Below, in pieces: positions 20,301 through 27,869 of a stretch of DNA of 61,279 nt. Source of the DNA: a virus (Duplodnaviria > Caudoviricetes); the IMG/VR virus record IMGVR_UViG_3300006925_000018, positions 1 through 61,279 of that record. The stretch is one strand, 5' to 3'. Under the pieces are notes generated by a model. It had not been told where the DNA came from and made no database searches. It was given only the letters and a program-made list of their open reading frames with translations. A program made the translations under genes and the position numbers. Within the stretch, counting starts at the first letter, position 1. Each line of letters starts with the position of its first letter.

Positions 20301-20379
20301 TTTTGACATGAGAAGTATTGTTAGAGGTTATGCAAAAGTAAAATTACACAAAACATTACAAAAGCAATTAAGTAAATGA
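14371..20379 (+). CDS. 2002-aa multidomain protein: amidoligase-like domain + PD-(D/E)xK-like nuclease domain
   Basis: CGFEAE, DSSI, AEIISP, NSSTGLHV, KFNSINF, IEFR; NKGEVAEG...KVDV...SVK. Confidence 0.75.
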   Translation: MKFNDVQTLESLLKKLNEYGNTSGSPSYSAGGTSSTKSSPTTSQSSTSVTKQSTSPTANGTKPPEPKLVKVTAKDLDDGSEFKDNKGNVQGKVVSKVGMLPKPDRVVVQTTDNEYHLYDPKMEVMVDEHIGHDILDKMTIKKSHKKNSLKRRIKKLTRKRLGEAPLCEINFNRKEIVTDALDSPVRCGFEAETSWDGISGSSGEDVNDMGWDEVSDSVYVSSSDNDYIMEGFSEYVRENLVPDYYDDVMARYMENERDEDSSYTRFMEEGSDAPTIDAVEEYRDNFKHEDPNEYENREEDGWEKINWIREYIDEEYEDQYLDFIREYLDDDGEVYQEAYEEAERETSIDEWIGNEFYSMSNFLDDYGIDYSELNGEGGLHEIADLLSEWQKQNSKFSQYPEVGDYDNTSGDAENWAVETDSSIDSSGQGAEIISPVYETPREMLEELKSFCEWLEEKGADTNSSTGLHVTMSWYGENPKFTQDEDDEFWGSKGGPNKLKMASLLGDTYLLQTFGRENNSYTKQQSKNIKRKANDARKFSGKGTEGFSDIERELAKGIDGGKFNSINFKGQIDSKTKTNLIEFRIGGGDDYHLDMPKIVKAVIRYATVMKAGYTDAFNKDYANAIHRIVHGAGKISRADMNIGSDVNEPLLDLFKSMISKDNYFNGVTAITNAYLSLYQVGINEEEPEPDTNASQQEAQKQYVKGMGLLALDVGLDRHRTNINAKSIGVIRRSFKEFDISEDQFTDLIFSRINQYPIPTQNDRIDQKASVLKKGIDSLFKKDMLSMPKFLNIPKAERIVKGTWNAIHSDGWSKEDQEELIDKLINLTTPDVADETKRNNIKYSIINMIEDEEFNSFYSNMTRGGYNSSNPPAQPGEIYYENEFKDLMKFLNKYNNYSQPVAPHFNSNISSSDTYLENYLNSYTMKLRKRFLHLEEIKDDNFQLYVESVKKIGELSRTLLNAWGDHEQIEFDGVHNRLVFTVYVKEKLIEIFKDIKSNEMSNPNSGSVLNRLGDRMTDGIRDALGRYYKDIEGGDPDNLKIIGQTGDVKTAVKQKFKALKDWMQGFDKIAQEVGFESQADEIAGKNNIPGREDDFARSVQERPPITLNIPAHSQAYMWTDLYRDLTNPDFTKQVRKSKQLRARSQFTTKLNSGKVFVIPSAHFSQALDAYEIQKYEENHRPWRVKAAQKVMKEFYKTYGKAFKDLVDNPADYVSINGLKAELKKEGIAISTEGDSREPNVEPLVPHSETSQPGVGTPLSTTAAAAWHVNNPELSKKADALDKNADQHRNNTISTPPEKEVNSDYDKARAEHPGFDRMMQRGMQNYLARGEVNYLVGFLNDPLKDNVFKSHVLNTIANRGDMENGPFATFQDALAVTRRQGHESVFTKFNKLSLQEQIAKLENVDANRISQLHGKFVEGNLNRTELSKDQSRFDAFVNKINAGIPFQMTDKAGGGEIVLHPDMIKGVTVASDLPDPIDIDGNNVAWNKLEKTAEFGSRTGGEKVSNKGEVAEGILGCATFARLLKRPIAPITDGDIKSVMKRLPTDAPDKGGWHELTLTARETDNPIADFFTLTLNLKSDTYKDFINPEKWSLMNNISNNVVGYVNDNMDKYTKLFAKNGKVDAVKVIADGVSGETDTKVDVFLTHSLDGGPERTLQHYDMSVKVGSTKQMGQVGGGKTAQGVSTERFFILKEMFEKFGADLSVIENQFMSSATINDAYVIAYSEAAKQINTHLTTEDKEVDWLMQFLNTIKFFATLNDDRVKLVQFEDTLKGGYYVLDFKKLDRMMDKDKVDLEAVFIDDKAQPKITIINTVNNKPFLSIRKKQAQNDGYIRNYIEKEKGLVELIKVRGSGMRKKVESVQERASYGVSLANKEKIPAMIKLVGKLFRKKLPTVEVQNKLRQEFNIQAFEARHVISMWKELNSVKEGAVPNNDTIRKLKEIFAKPLMSDDIKSQMDAYICIPDPAMIRDFRAARAQYGDNFDMRSIVRGYAKVKLHKTLQKQLSK

Positions 20380-20489
20380 ACGAAGAAATAAAAGTAAGAG
20401 AACCGCAACTGCCTGTAGAAGGCGAATACACACTTTGTAATAGAGGTGAAGTTGCTGTATATAGAAATGGGAAATGGGTAAGACCGTGA
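20376..20489 (+). CDS. 37-aa small protein not in the ORF track
   Basis: MNEEIKVREPQLPVEGEYTLCNRGEVAVYRNGKWVRP; ATGA and GTGA overlaps with both neighbours. Confidence 0.7.
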   Translation: MNEEIKVREPQLPVEGEYTLCNRGEVAVYRNGKWVRP

Positions 20490-23338
20490 AGCAATCAATA
20501 TTTGAAGCAATGGTAAGTACATTACCACACAATGTTCAAGGAACACCTGTTCCTAGAGCCGAGATGCCTCAATTAAAAGTGCCAGACTTAGAAAATTATA
20601 ATACTGTACGAATAGATTTTCCAATAGATAGAATTAAACCAGTACAAACAGAAAGAGTGCCAGGACTAGCAAGAAAGGTTGCTCGAGATTTTGATGGTAA
20701 AGACAAACCGTTTATATTAGACAAAGACTACAAACTTGTTAACGGGCATCACAGATATGATGCCGCTAGATTGCTAGGTAAAGAAGTTGTAGATGTAGTT
20801 ATAATCAGAGATAAAACCTTAGATCAACTAATGGGACTGCATAAAGATACAACAAGCAACACACCAACTATTCAAACTGAAGACGACATGTCTGACTTTC
20901 ACCGCAAACTAAAAATCGCACTAGAGAAAAGAAACCTTTTCGCTGACGGCGGAGGCGGCGGTGGCGGTGGAGGCGGTGGCGGCGGAGCCGGTGGCGGTGC
21001 AGGAGCCGGTGGTGGTACTGGAGCAGGAGCAGGAGCAAGTGCCGGAGCAGGAGCAAGTGCCGGAGGAGACTCAGGAGGCGACAGCGGTTCATCAGGTAGC
21101 AGTGATTCAGGACCAAGTACAGACAGTGGTGATAGTTCGCCAGCACCTGCAAGAGGTTATATGTACTTTGGTTCAATGCCAGCATACAGTAAAAGCAAAA
21201 AGAAGAAAAAGAAAAAGAAAAAAACTAGTACTAAATTTGGCAAAGGTGCATCGGTTTATGAAGCACAAGAAAATACTATATATGCAAAATGTGAATTAGA
21301 ACATATTGTAGATGGTGTCGATAAAGGAAACTTTTTATTCAAGCAAGAACCTGGTAAGCCTGTACTAGTTGTAGGAACAGTTACAGGACTAACACCAGGT
21401 AAGCATGGTTTTCATATACATGAATTTGGAGACCTAAGCAATGGCTGTGAAAGTGCAGGCGGACATTATAATCCAGACGGTGTAGATCACGGAGACTTAG
21501 ATAGCGGACATGCAGGTGACTTAGGTAACATAGTTGCTGATGAAAACGGTATTGCAAAAATAGGAATAGTTTTAAAACGTGTAGACTTACACGGAGATAG
21601 AAACATTGTAGGCAGAGCAATAGTTGTTCATGCTGATGAAGATGATTTAGGCAAGGGCGGAGATGAGGAAAGTGCAAAAACAGGTAATGCAGGTGATAGA
21701 TTAGGTTGTGGTGTTATTAGATTAGCAACATTAAATGAAACCATAGAAGCCGCACAAGATATGAAAGCATTAATGAAAGGCATAGATTCAGACTTAGCAC
21801 AACGTAAAAAAGACCTCAAAAAGAAAATTAAGGCAAGTGTATACGAAGCACCAATAATTAGACCACAAGATTCATATGATCCAAACGCCAACGATGCATA
21901 TAATTCTGCAACAAATAGACAACCTCCTAAATATGATTATGATCCTGAGGTAGATTATAGACCAGGTAAAAGTTTAGGTAAAATTCCTAACATACAATCT
22001 GAAACAGAAGTAGTACAGATGCCTAATAGAGATTTGTATTTGTTTTATTCTAATACTATGCCTAAATCTACTACACCTGAACAAAAGACAATGTGGCAAA
22101 AATTTGTAACAGCAATGTTACACAATCCAAAAGCAAATCAAACTGGTCCTACCAAAGAAAAAAATGTAATAGGTTTTTTAAAATTAAAACCTTTTGAAGA
22201 TGGTTATAGAGTTGCTGGTGTTGGAATGGATCCTGAAATACGAGGACAAGGCAAAGCAATTAAATTATACATGGCTTTTAGTGCCTGGAAAAGTGTTCCT
22301 ATATATTCTGACTTTACACAAACGCCTAGTGCTAAAACAATGTGGAATAGTATAATAGGCCGTTATCCTAAAAGAGTTGTTGCATATGATCAACAAAGTA
22401 AACAAGATATACCGTTATCTAAAGCAGGTGAGATGTATCAAGACGCACCACCTGACTATAAAAAATTAACTCAATTCGACGTAGCGAAAGCTCATAGTGG
22501 CACTAAACTGTTTAAATTATTACCAGAAGGTGTAACAAAGGGCAACTTTGGTGGACTTATATATCCTCGACTACCACATGAAGAAGTGGTAGATGCCATT
22601 AGTGAGTGGGAGTACGGTAACACACCTATTGAACTTAGTAATGGATATGTTATAAATGCCAGAGAAGAAGGCTATAACGAAGACGACAATGCTTGGGTAT
22701 TATTAGACCCACAGGGTAAAATAATTGATGATGGTGAAGGTTCTATTGAAGATGTAATGCAGGACTTTACACCAATAGCAATAGAAGAAAACTTTGCTGA
22801 CGGTAAAAAGAAAGGCAAAAGTCGTCCAGGTAGAGTAAAACGTTCAGGAGCAAGTTGCAATGGCTCAGTAACTGATCTGCGTAAACGTGCAAAAAATAGC
22901 AGTGGTGAGAAAGCAAAAATGTATCACTGGTGTGCTAACATGAAGTCTGGTAAAAAGAAAACTAAAGAAAGTTACTATAGTAGAATGGCAGTTGATAAGA
23001 TAGAAATGAGACCAAAAGACTTTAATGACAAGTACGGTACAGCAGACGCCTATACTGGCATAGCTCAGCCTCAACAGAAACTAAAACCATCTAAGTGGGA
23101 AGTTGGTAACCCAACAGGACCTCATAGCGAAAATGTTTTTATAAACATTCGCACTAATCAAGTATCAGGAGCCACTGCAATAAAACAAATAACTGCTCAA
23201 TACACACATGACCAAATGGTTAAACCTCTAGAGCAGGGCGGTTTAGGTGCAAGGCAGACAAAGAATACAAGTGATAACAAATACTATATGCCTTATGTGT
23301 TATTTGATAAACATGTAAAGTCCGGAAAGATAAAATAG
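20486..23338 (+). CDS. Multidomain protein: ParB/Srx-like, Gly/Ser linker, Cu/Zn SOD, GNAT acetyltransferase, small modules (likely GTG start 20486)
   Basis: LVNGHHRY; HGFHIHEFGD, GGHYNP, HAGDLGN, TGNAGDRLGCGVI; MDPEIRGQGKA. Confidence 0.88.
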   Translation: MKQSIFEAMVSTLPHNVQGTPVPRAEMPQLKVPDLENYNTVRIDFPIDRIKPVQTERVPGLARKVARDFDGKDKPFILDKDYKLVNGHHRYDAARLLGKEVVDVVIIRDKTLDQLMGLHKDTTSNTPTIQTEDDMSDFHRKLKIALEKRNLFADGGGGGGGGGGGGGAGGGAGAGGGTGAGAGASAGAGASAGGDSGGDSGSSGSSDSGPSTDSGDSSPAPARGYMYFGSMPAYSKSKKKKKKKKKTSTKFGKGASVYEAQENTIYAKCELEHIVDGVDKGNFLFKQEPGKPVLVVGTVTGLTPGKHGFHIHEFGDLSNGCESAGGHYNPDGVDHGDLDSGHAGDLGNIVADENGIAKIGIVLKRVDLHGDRNIVGRAIVVHADEDDLGKGGDEESAKTGNAGDRLGCGVIRLATLNETIEAAQDMKALMKGIDSDLAQRKKDLKKKIKASVYEAPIIRPQDSYDPNANDAYNSATNRQPPKYDYDPEVDYRPGKSLGKIPNIQSETEVVQMPNRDLYLFYSNTMPKSTTPEQKTMWQKFVTAMLHNPKANQTGPTKEKNVIGFLKLKPFEDGYRVAGVGMDPEIRGQGKAIKLYMAFSAWKSVPIYSDFTQTPSAKTMWNSIIGRYPKRVVAYDQQSKQDIPLSKAGEMYQDAPPDYKKLTQFDVAKAHSGTKLFKLLPEGVTKGNFGGLIYPRLPHEEVVDAISEWEYGNTPIELSNGYVINAREEGYNEDDNAWVLLDPQGKIIDDGEGSIEDVMQDFTPIAIEENFADGKKKGKSRPGRVKRSGASCNGSVTDLRKRAKNSSGEKAKMYHWCANMKSGKKKTKESYYSRMAVDKIEMRPKDFNDKYGTADAYTGIAQPQQKLKPSKWEVGNPTGPHSENVFINIRTNQVSGATAIKQITAQYTHDQMVKPLEQGGLGARQTKNTSDNKYYMPYVLFDKHVKSGKIK
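20945..21140 (+). repeat. GC-rich low-complexity coding tract (poly-Gly, GAGA, GDS repeats)
   Basis: GGC/GGT/GGA triplets and duplicated GGAGCAGGAGCAAGTGCC. Confidence 0.85.
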
Positions 23339-23350
23339 ATAAATACAATT

Positions 23351-23677
23351 ATGCTTATAAACGACATTATAACAGAAACAACTTCCGGTGGTATTGCCAT
23401 TGTTGCTTCACCAATGGGCAAAATGCAAAAGAGACCTAACCCAAGTGTTTTTGCAAAAAGCAAAAAGAGAGTTTCAGAAGATACAGACCCAAAAGCAGAT
23501 CCAGAAATTGTTGCCAAGTTTGCTAGGGTAAGTGATAAAGACAGATCTTACTATATTATGAAGTGGGCTGAAGAAAAAGGAATTAATAGCGACGATGCTA
23601 TGTGCCTAGCAGGTTATGTAAGAGATGGATATATAGGCGCAGGTGCTTGGAACTGGGCATATCGACCAAAAGGTTAA
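23351..23677 (+). CDS. Putative internal head protein
   Basis: GATAAATA 5 nt upstream; MLINDIITE/T tag; VSE/D site. Confidence 0.6.
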   Translation: MLINDIITETTSGGIAIVASPMGKMQKRPNPSVFAKSKKRVSEDTDPKADPEIVAKFARVSDKDRSYYIMKWAEEKGINSDDAMCLAGYVRDGYIGAGAWNWAYRPKG

Positions 23678-23679
23678 TT

Positions 23680-23904
23680 ATGAAAGCAGTTAAATGCAAA
23701 GACGGCCACCTCAGTTTCATTAGTTCTAATGATGCGAGACTCTTCAACAAAATAGACTTTGACAGATTTTTAGATATAAATACATTAGACGAAGGAACTT
23801 TACATCAATGCGAAGAGATGTATAAACAAAACGTCATCCGTAAAATAACTACAAAGGAAGGAAAAGTTGGCTACAAAATCTACCCACAAAAAACAGAAGT
23901 ATAA
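23680..23904 (+). CDS. Hypothetical protein (likely start 23680)
   Basis: ATG 2 nt after upstream stop; in frame with track ORF 23602. Confidence 0.7.
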   Translation: MKAVKCKDGHLSFISSNDARLFNKIDFDRFLDINTLDEGTLHQCEEMYKQNVIRKITTKEGKVGYKIYPQKTEV

Positions 23905-24325
23905 CAAAAGACAGAAGCAAGATCTAGCAGTTAAGTTAGATAAACTTGCTCAAAATGTGTCTAAACGTGGTGCCTATGTGGTTACTAGGAATGCTACTAA
24001 CGATTTCTTCGTTATAGTAGAGGCTTTAAATAAAAAGGTGGTATTGACACATATACTTCAAAAAAACACAGCACAAGGGCTTTGTGTACGTCTAAACAGC
24101 CGAAATAAGCCCAACTCACCTTATGAACCAGTGACAGATATGCAACTAACTAGAACACAAAAGTTGTTAAATAGATATGCTGATCTATTCACCGAATCAA
24201 TATTTCACAAATACACAATCAAAACAACAAAAAAGAATTTTACAAGAGACGTGGCATTTATAAGATTACACGAAACAGTTCTCAAACTCAAAGGCATTGC
24301 AGAAGAGCTAAGACACCAGTTATAA
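23867..24325 (+). CDS. Hypothetical basic protein
   Basis: 152-aa ORF in operon; TTG start after GGAAGGA. Confidence 0.7.
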   Translation: MATKSTHKKQKYNKRQKQDLAVKLDKLAQNVSKRGAYVVTRNATNDFFVIVEALNKKVVLTHILQKNTAQGLCVRLNSRNKPNSPYEPVTDMQLTRTQKLLNRYADLFTESIFHKYTIKTTKKNFTRDVAFIRLHETVLKLKGIAEELRHQL

Positions 24326-24392
24326 AACTTTTAATAAATTTTGCAATTATGATAAATAAGTGTAATAACTAACTTATAACTAGGAAATCACT

Positions 24393-25682
24393 ATGTTTTT
24401 GAATGAATTTAATCAAACATCAATTAGTAAGGTAGCATCGCTTAACAAAATGCTGTCTGAAGAATTTGGTATAAAAATCAATCCAGGAACAGTCAATCTC
24501 ACAAAGTTAATGAAGATTAACGAGCAGGCCAAAGCGGCTTTGTATAAAATTAGAGGTAGTAAGAAGAAATTTCAATTAGAGCCAGAGTATGCAAAATACT
24601 TAGGTTTAAAAGATATTTCAGAGACGATGATTGTTGAAGGGTACTACGAATCCAGCCCAGGCTACCAAGCACTAGAGGCTAAAATCTATGAAAGAGTAAT
24701 GGAACTTTGTAATTCAGGGTACACGGCAGAAGAAGCCAGAAGCCAATGTATGAACGAAGTTAGACAAGACCCGTCTCATTGTTATGAAGATGCATGTACA
24801 GAGACTATGGTTATGTCTGCAATTGGCAAATTCGAAGAGTCATGTGGTAGTAAGCATGAATCAATTGAAGAAGAGTTAGGCCTTCCAGAAACTGATATGA
24901 GTCCAAGACTAGTAAGAGAACTTGCTACTGAAATTGGAATAGATCTTGCAACAATGGAAGATTACAATGCTATCGAAGAAAAACTTAAAACTTTTGCTGA
25001 AGTTAGTGGCAAAAGCAGAGACTCAGTTGTTGGTTTCCTAAACGGTCTCGAAGAAGATTCAGTAGTTAGTGGTATCCAAATGTTTGGCAGAAAGATTGAA
25101 GAGCAAAATAAATTTACTGGTGCTAGAAAAGATGCTATTGCACAAGGCAAAGATTCTTTTGAAGTAGATGGTAAAACATATAAAGTAACTGGTGATACTT
25201 CCGATGAAGAGGAAGCAGTAGAGGAAAGTACAATGTTTGATTCAATTATAGATGAAATGCTTAACGAAGAAGTTGGCGAAAAAGAAGCAGAAGTTGTTAT
25301 GGCTGTTAGAGCATTAGCAGATGATATTCAAGACCAAGTAGAAAGAATTGGTAGAATGGTTAATGTAGATATTCCAGCAATAGCAGATTCTATTAGAACT
25401 GAAATGGGAGCCGATACAGCATTATCATTCTCAGATGGTTCATCACAATTACTTACAGCACACTTAGAAGCAGTTAAGGCTGTTAAGTCTGCATTTGATC
25501 AACAAATTAGCGGATTAACAGGCGGCGAAATGGTTGGCGGTCTTGGTGATACGGCAGATTTAGGTGCCGAACTAAACAGCGATCCTTCAATGGATAGTTT
25601 AGGAATGGAAGAGCCAGTAGCAGACAACGTTCCAGCAATGGCAGGCCCAGAAGAAGAGCCACTCGGAAGAGCAGAGGTTTAA
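24393..25682 (+). CDS. Acidic helical protein, possible prohead core/scaffold
   Basis: GATAAATA at 24351-24358; MFLNEF tag; very Glu-rich. Confidence 0.55.
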   Translation: MFLNEFNQTSISKVASLNKMLSEEFGIKINPGTVNLTKLMKINEQAKAALYKIRGSKKKFQLEPEYAKYLGLKDISETMIVEGYYESSPGYQALEAKIYERVMELCNSGYTAEEARSQCMNEVRQDPSHCYEDACTETMVMSAIGKFEESCGSKHESIEEELGLPETDMSPRLVRELATEIGIDLATMEDYNAIEEKLKTFAEVSGKSRDSVVGFLNGLEEDSVVSGIQMFGRKIEEQNKFTGARKDAIAQGKDSFEVDGKTYKVTGDTSDEEEAVEESTMFDSIIDEMLNEEVGEKEAEVVMAVRALADDIQDQVERIGRMVNVDIPAIADSIRTEMGADTALSFSDGSSQLLTAHLEAVKAVKSAFDQQISGLTGGEMVGGLGDTADLGAELNSDPSMDSLGMEEPVADNVPAMAGPEEEPLGRAEV

Positions 25683-25685
25683 TTA

Positions 25686-26033
25686 ATGCTCATTTCAGAA
25701 GTAGTCAGTTCTGGAATGGCAGGTCCAGAAGATGAATTGGTAGTTGCCATTGAGGACCTACTAAGTAGATATATGGCTGATGGTAATGACGAGGCTGATA
25801 TCCCTACAGATGAATTCAAAAGTAATTTAGAGGCTGATATTAATAGGCCAATCGACATGGGCACTTTAATTAGTGTATTAGGGCAAAGCGGTTTTGCTAG
25901 TAGTGTAGATAAAACAACTATTAGAGCAAAAGGCGACCTAAGTAAGGATATAGACACAGACCCAGAAAAAACAGTTGATGTTGGTAAAATGGCTGGTGAT
26001 CAAGCCATGAAAGATATTAAGGCAGATCTATAA
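25686..26033 (+). CDS. Putative internal head protein
   Basis: MLISEV tag; acidic. Confidence 0.55.
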   Translation: MLISEVVSSGMAGPEDELVVAIEDLLSRYMADGNDEADIPTDEFKSNLEADINRPIDMGTLISVLGQSGFASSVDKTTIRAKGDLSKDIDTDPEKTVDVGKMAGDQAMKDIKADL

Positions 26034-26353
26034 TGGCAAGTATATTTTCTAATGCGGCAACGGCCCGTAAAGATACTAGGAACAATTCAGTTATTCATGC
26101 TGAAGTGCGTAGCATTGAAACTGCTGTACTAGGCAACATTGATGCCGGAGTATTATACGCAAACGTATCTACAGGCACAACAATGACAGATAGTAATGCG
26201 TATTACAAAGCATACTATGGTGTTACTACAGATGTAACTAAAAAAGATCAAGTAGACTATGTCTGTAAGTATTTTAAAGACTTAGGATATGGTGTCAAAA
26301 TAGCACAAAACTTAACAACCACAGATACAATTACCTGGAATATTAGTTGGTAA
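26033..26353 (+). CDS. Probable virion protein
   Basis: TAATG-coupled; YFKDLGY...WNISW. Confidence 0.6.
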   Translation: MASIFSNAATARKDTRNNSVIHAEVRSIETAVLGNIDAGVLYANVSTGTTMTDSNAYYKAYYGVTTDVTKKDQVDYVCKYFKDLGYGVKIAQNLTTTDTITWNISW

Positions 26354-26377
26354 TATAACATACACATAAATATGTGT

Positions 26378-27148
26378 ATGGAACGTATTGATATATGGTT
26401 TGGCGACAGTTGGGCTATAGGTAATGAATTACCAAGCAAACTAAACTCAGCAGAAATTAGAACACTAAAAAAAACTGGTTTTCCTAACCTCAGAGATAAT
26501 ACTCAAAATCCACAAGAATCATACCCAGCACTTGTCTCTAAGCAACGAGGCACAACATATCAAAATTATGCGATTGCAGGTGGAAGTTACGAATTTGCAT
26601 ACTTTCAAATGTGTAATTGGCTAGCAAATGGTAACTTCACTGATGACAATGAATATACTTTTTGGTTACAAACTACTGCGGCAACAAGAGATTTTGGCAT
26701 AGACTATAATTTTAAAAGACATCATTTTCAAGGAATAAAAAAGTTTTCTAGAGGTAAACTTTTAAATTTTCAACAAGCAAAGAGCCTACCAGAGTTTGCT
26801 GATTTTGATGCTAATATGACGTTAAATGCTATATGGACTCTTTGTAAATCAAATTATATCAAACTTAAGATTGTTCCATTGTGGATAGGCATGAATTTAG
26901 TACCGGAAGTAAATATTGTTCCACAAGGAAAATGGATAGCAGATCCTAATACTAATATGTTACAAAATATATTTGGCAAGAATGTTTTTCCCGATGGTGG
27001 TATAGACACATCTGATATAGATAACGAACATATTATAAAACAAATCCAGCAGTACGACTATATCTCACCTAACGATTGCCATCCAAATAAACAAGGACAC
27101 AAACGTATTGCGGACTATATAATTAGTATATTAAACAAAAGAAAATAA
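26378..27148 (+). CDS. SGNH/GDSL hydrolase-fold protein (start probably 26378)
   Basis: FGDSWAIG, NYAIAGGS, DCHPNKQGH. Confidence 0.82.
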   Translation: MERIDIWFGDSWAIGNELPSKLNSAEIRTLKKTGFPNLRDNTQNPQESYPALVSKQRGTTYQNYAIAGGSYEFAYFQMCNWLANGNFTDDNEYTFWLQTTAATRDFGIDYNFKRHHFQGIKKFSRGKLLNFQQAKSLPEFADFDANMTLNAIWTLCKSNYIKLKIVPLWIGMNLVPEVNIVPQGKWIADPNTNMLQNIFGKNVFPDGGIDTSDIDNEHIIKQIQQYDYISPNDCHPNKQGHKRIADYIISILNKRK

Positions 27149-27151
27149 TTT

Positions 27152-27826
27152 ATGTTAGTAGAAAAGTTTGAATACCCAACACTTAAACGGGTAACAGCAA
27201 AAAACGGACAACGACAATACACTGGAGACGACGACCAACCAGTTCCAAGTGTAACCACAGTACTTTCAGATACTGGTGATAAAACTGCCCTAATAGCCTG
27301 GCGTAAACGTGTAGGTGATGCAGAAGCAAACCGTGTAAGCAAAGAAGCCGCAGGACTTGGTACTAAAGTACATAATGCTTTAGAAAAGTATGTGTTACAA
27401 GAAGATTACGATATCAAAGGTAACAATCATATCAGCATAATGGCTAAAAACATGCTTGACGAGATGATAGACAAGGGTCTAAGTCAAGTAAATGAGATAT
27501 GGGGTGTTGAAGTAGCCTTAATTGCAAAAGGCTTATACGCAGGTACAAGCGATGCTGTGGGCATGTTTAACGGAGTTGAAAGTATTATTGACTTCAAGAC
27601 TGCTAAAAAGATTAAGAAACGTGAGTGGATTGAAGATTATTTTATGCAAGGTTGTGCTTATGCATTGGCACACAATGAAATGTTTGGTACAAACATTAAA
27701 CAAGTTGCTATCCTTATGATAGACAGAGAAGGCAAATATGCTGATTTTGTTATAGAAGGCGACGAGTTTGAAGAGTACTGTCATAAATGGGCACAGAGAC
27801 TAGCCGACTACTATAACAAAGTTTAA
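27152..27826 (+). CDS. PD-(D/E)xK exonuclease
   Basis: PSVTTVL, GTKVH, YAGTSD, IIDFKT, QGCAYA. Confidence 0.9.
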   Translation: MLVEKFEYPTLKRVTAKNGQRQYTGDDDQPVPSVTTVLSDTGDKTALIAWRKRVGDAEANRVSKEAAGLGTKVHNALEKYVLQEDYDIKGNNHISIMAKNMLDEMIDKGLSQVNEIWGVEVALIAKGLYAGTSDAVGMFNGVESIIDFKTAKKIKKREWIEDYFMQGCAYALAHNEMFGTNIKQVAILMIDREGKYADFVIEGDEFEEYCHKWAQRLADYYNKV

Positions 27827-27869
27827 CTGCTAAATGTGATAAATACTGTTAAGTAAGGAGACAGTAACA

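Noticed and set aside
20945-21140. CRISPR array or foreign insertion in the GC-rich repeat tract
   Set aside because: Irregular in-frame Gly/Ala/Ser codons; no repeat-spacer periodicity
27152-27826. Cas4 / CRISPR-Cas system
   Set aside because: No four-Cys Fe-S motif, cas neighbours or array; ordinary phage exonuclease
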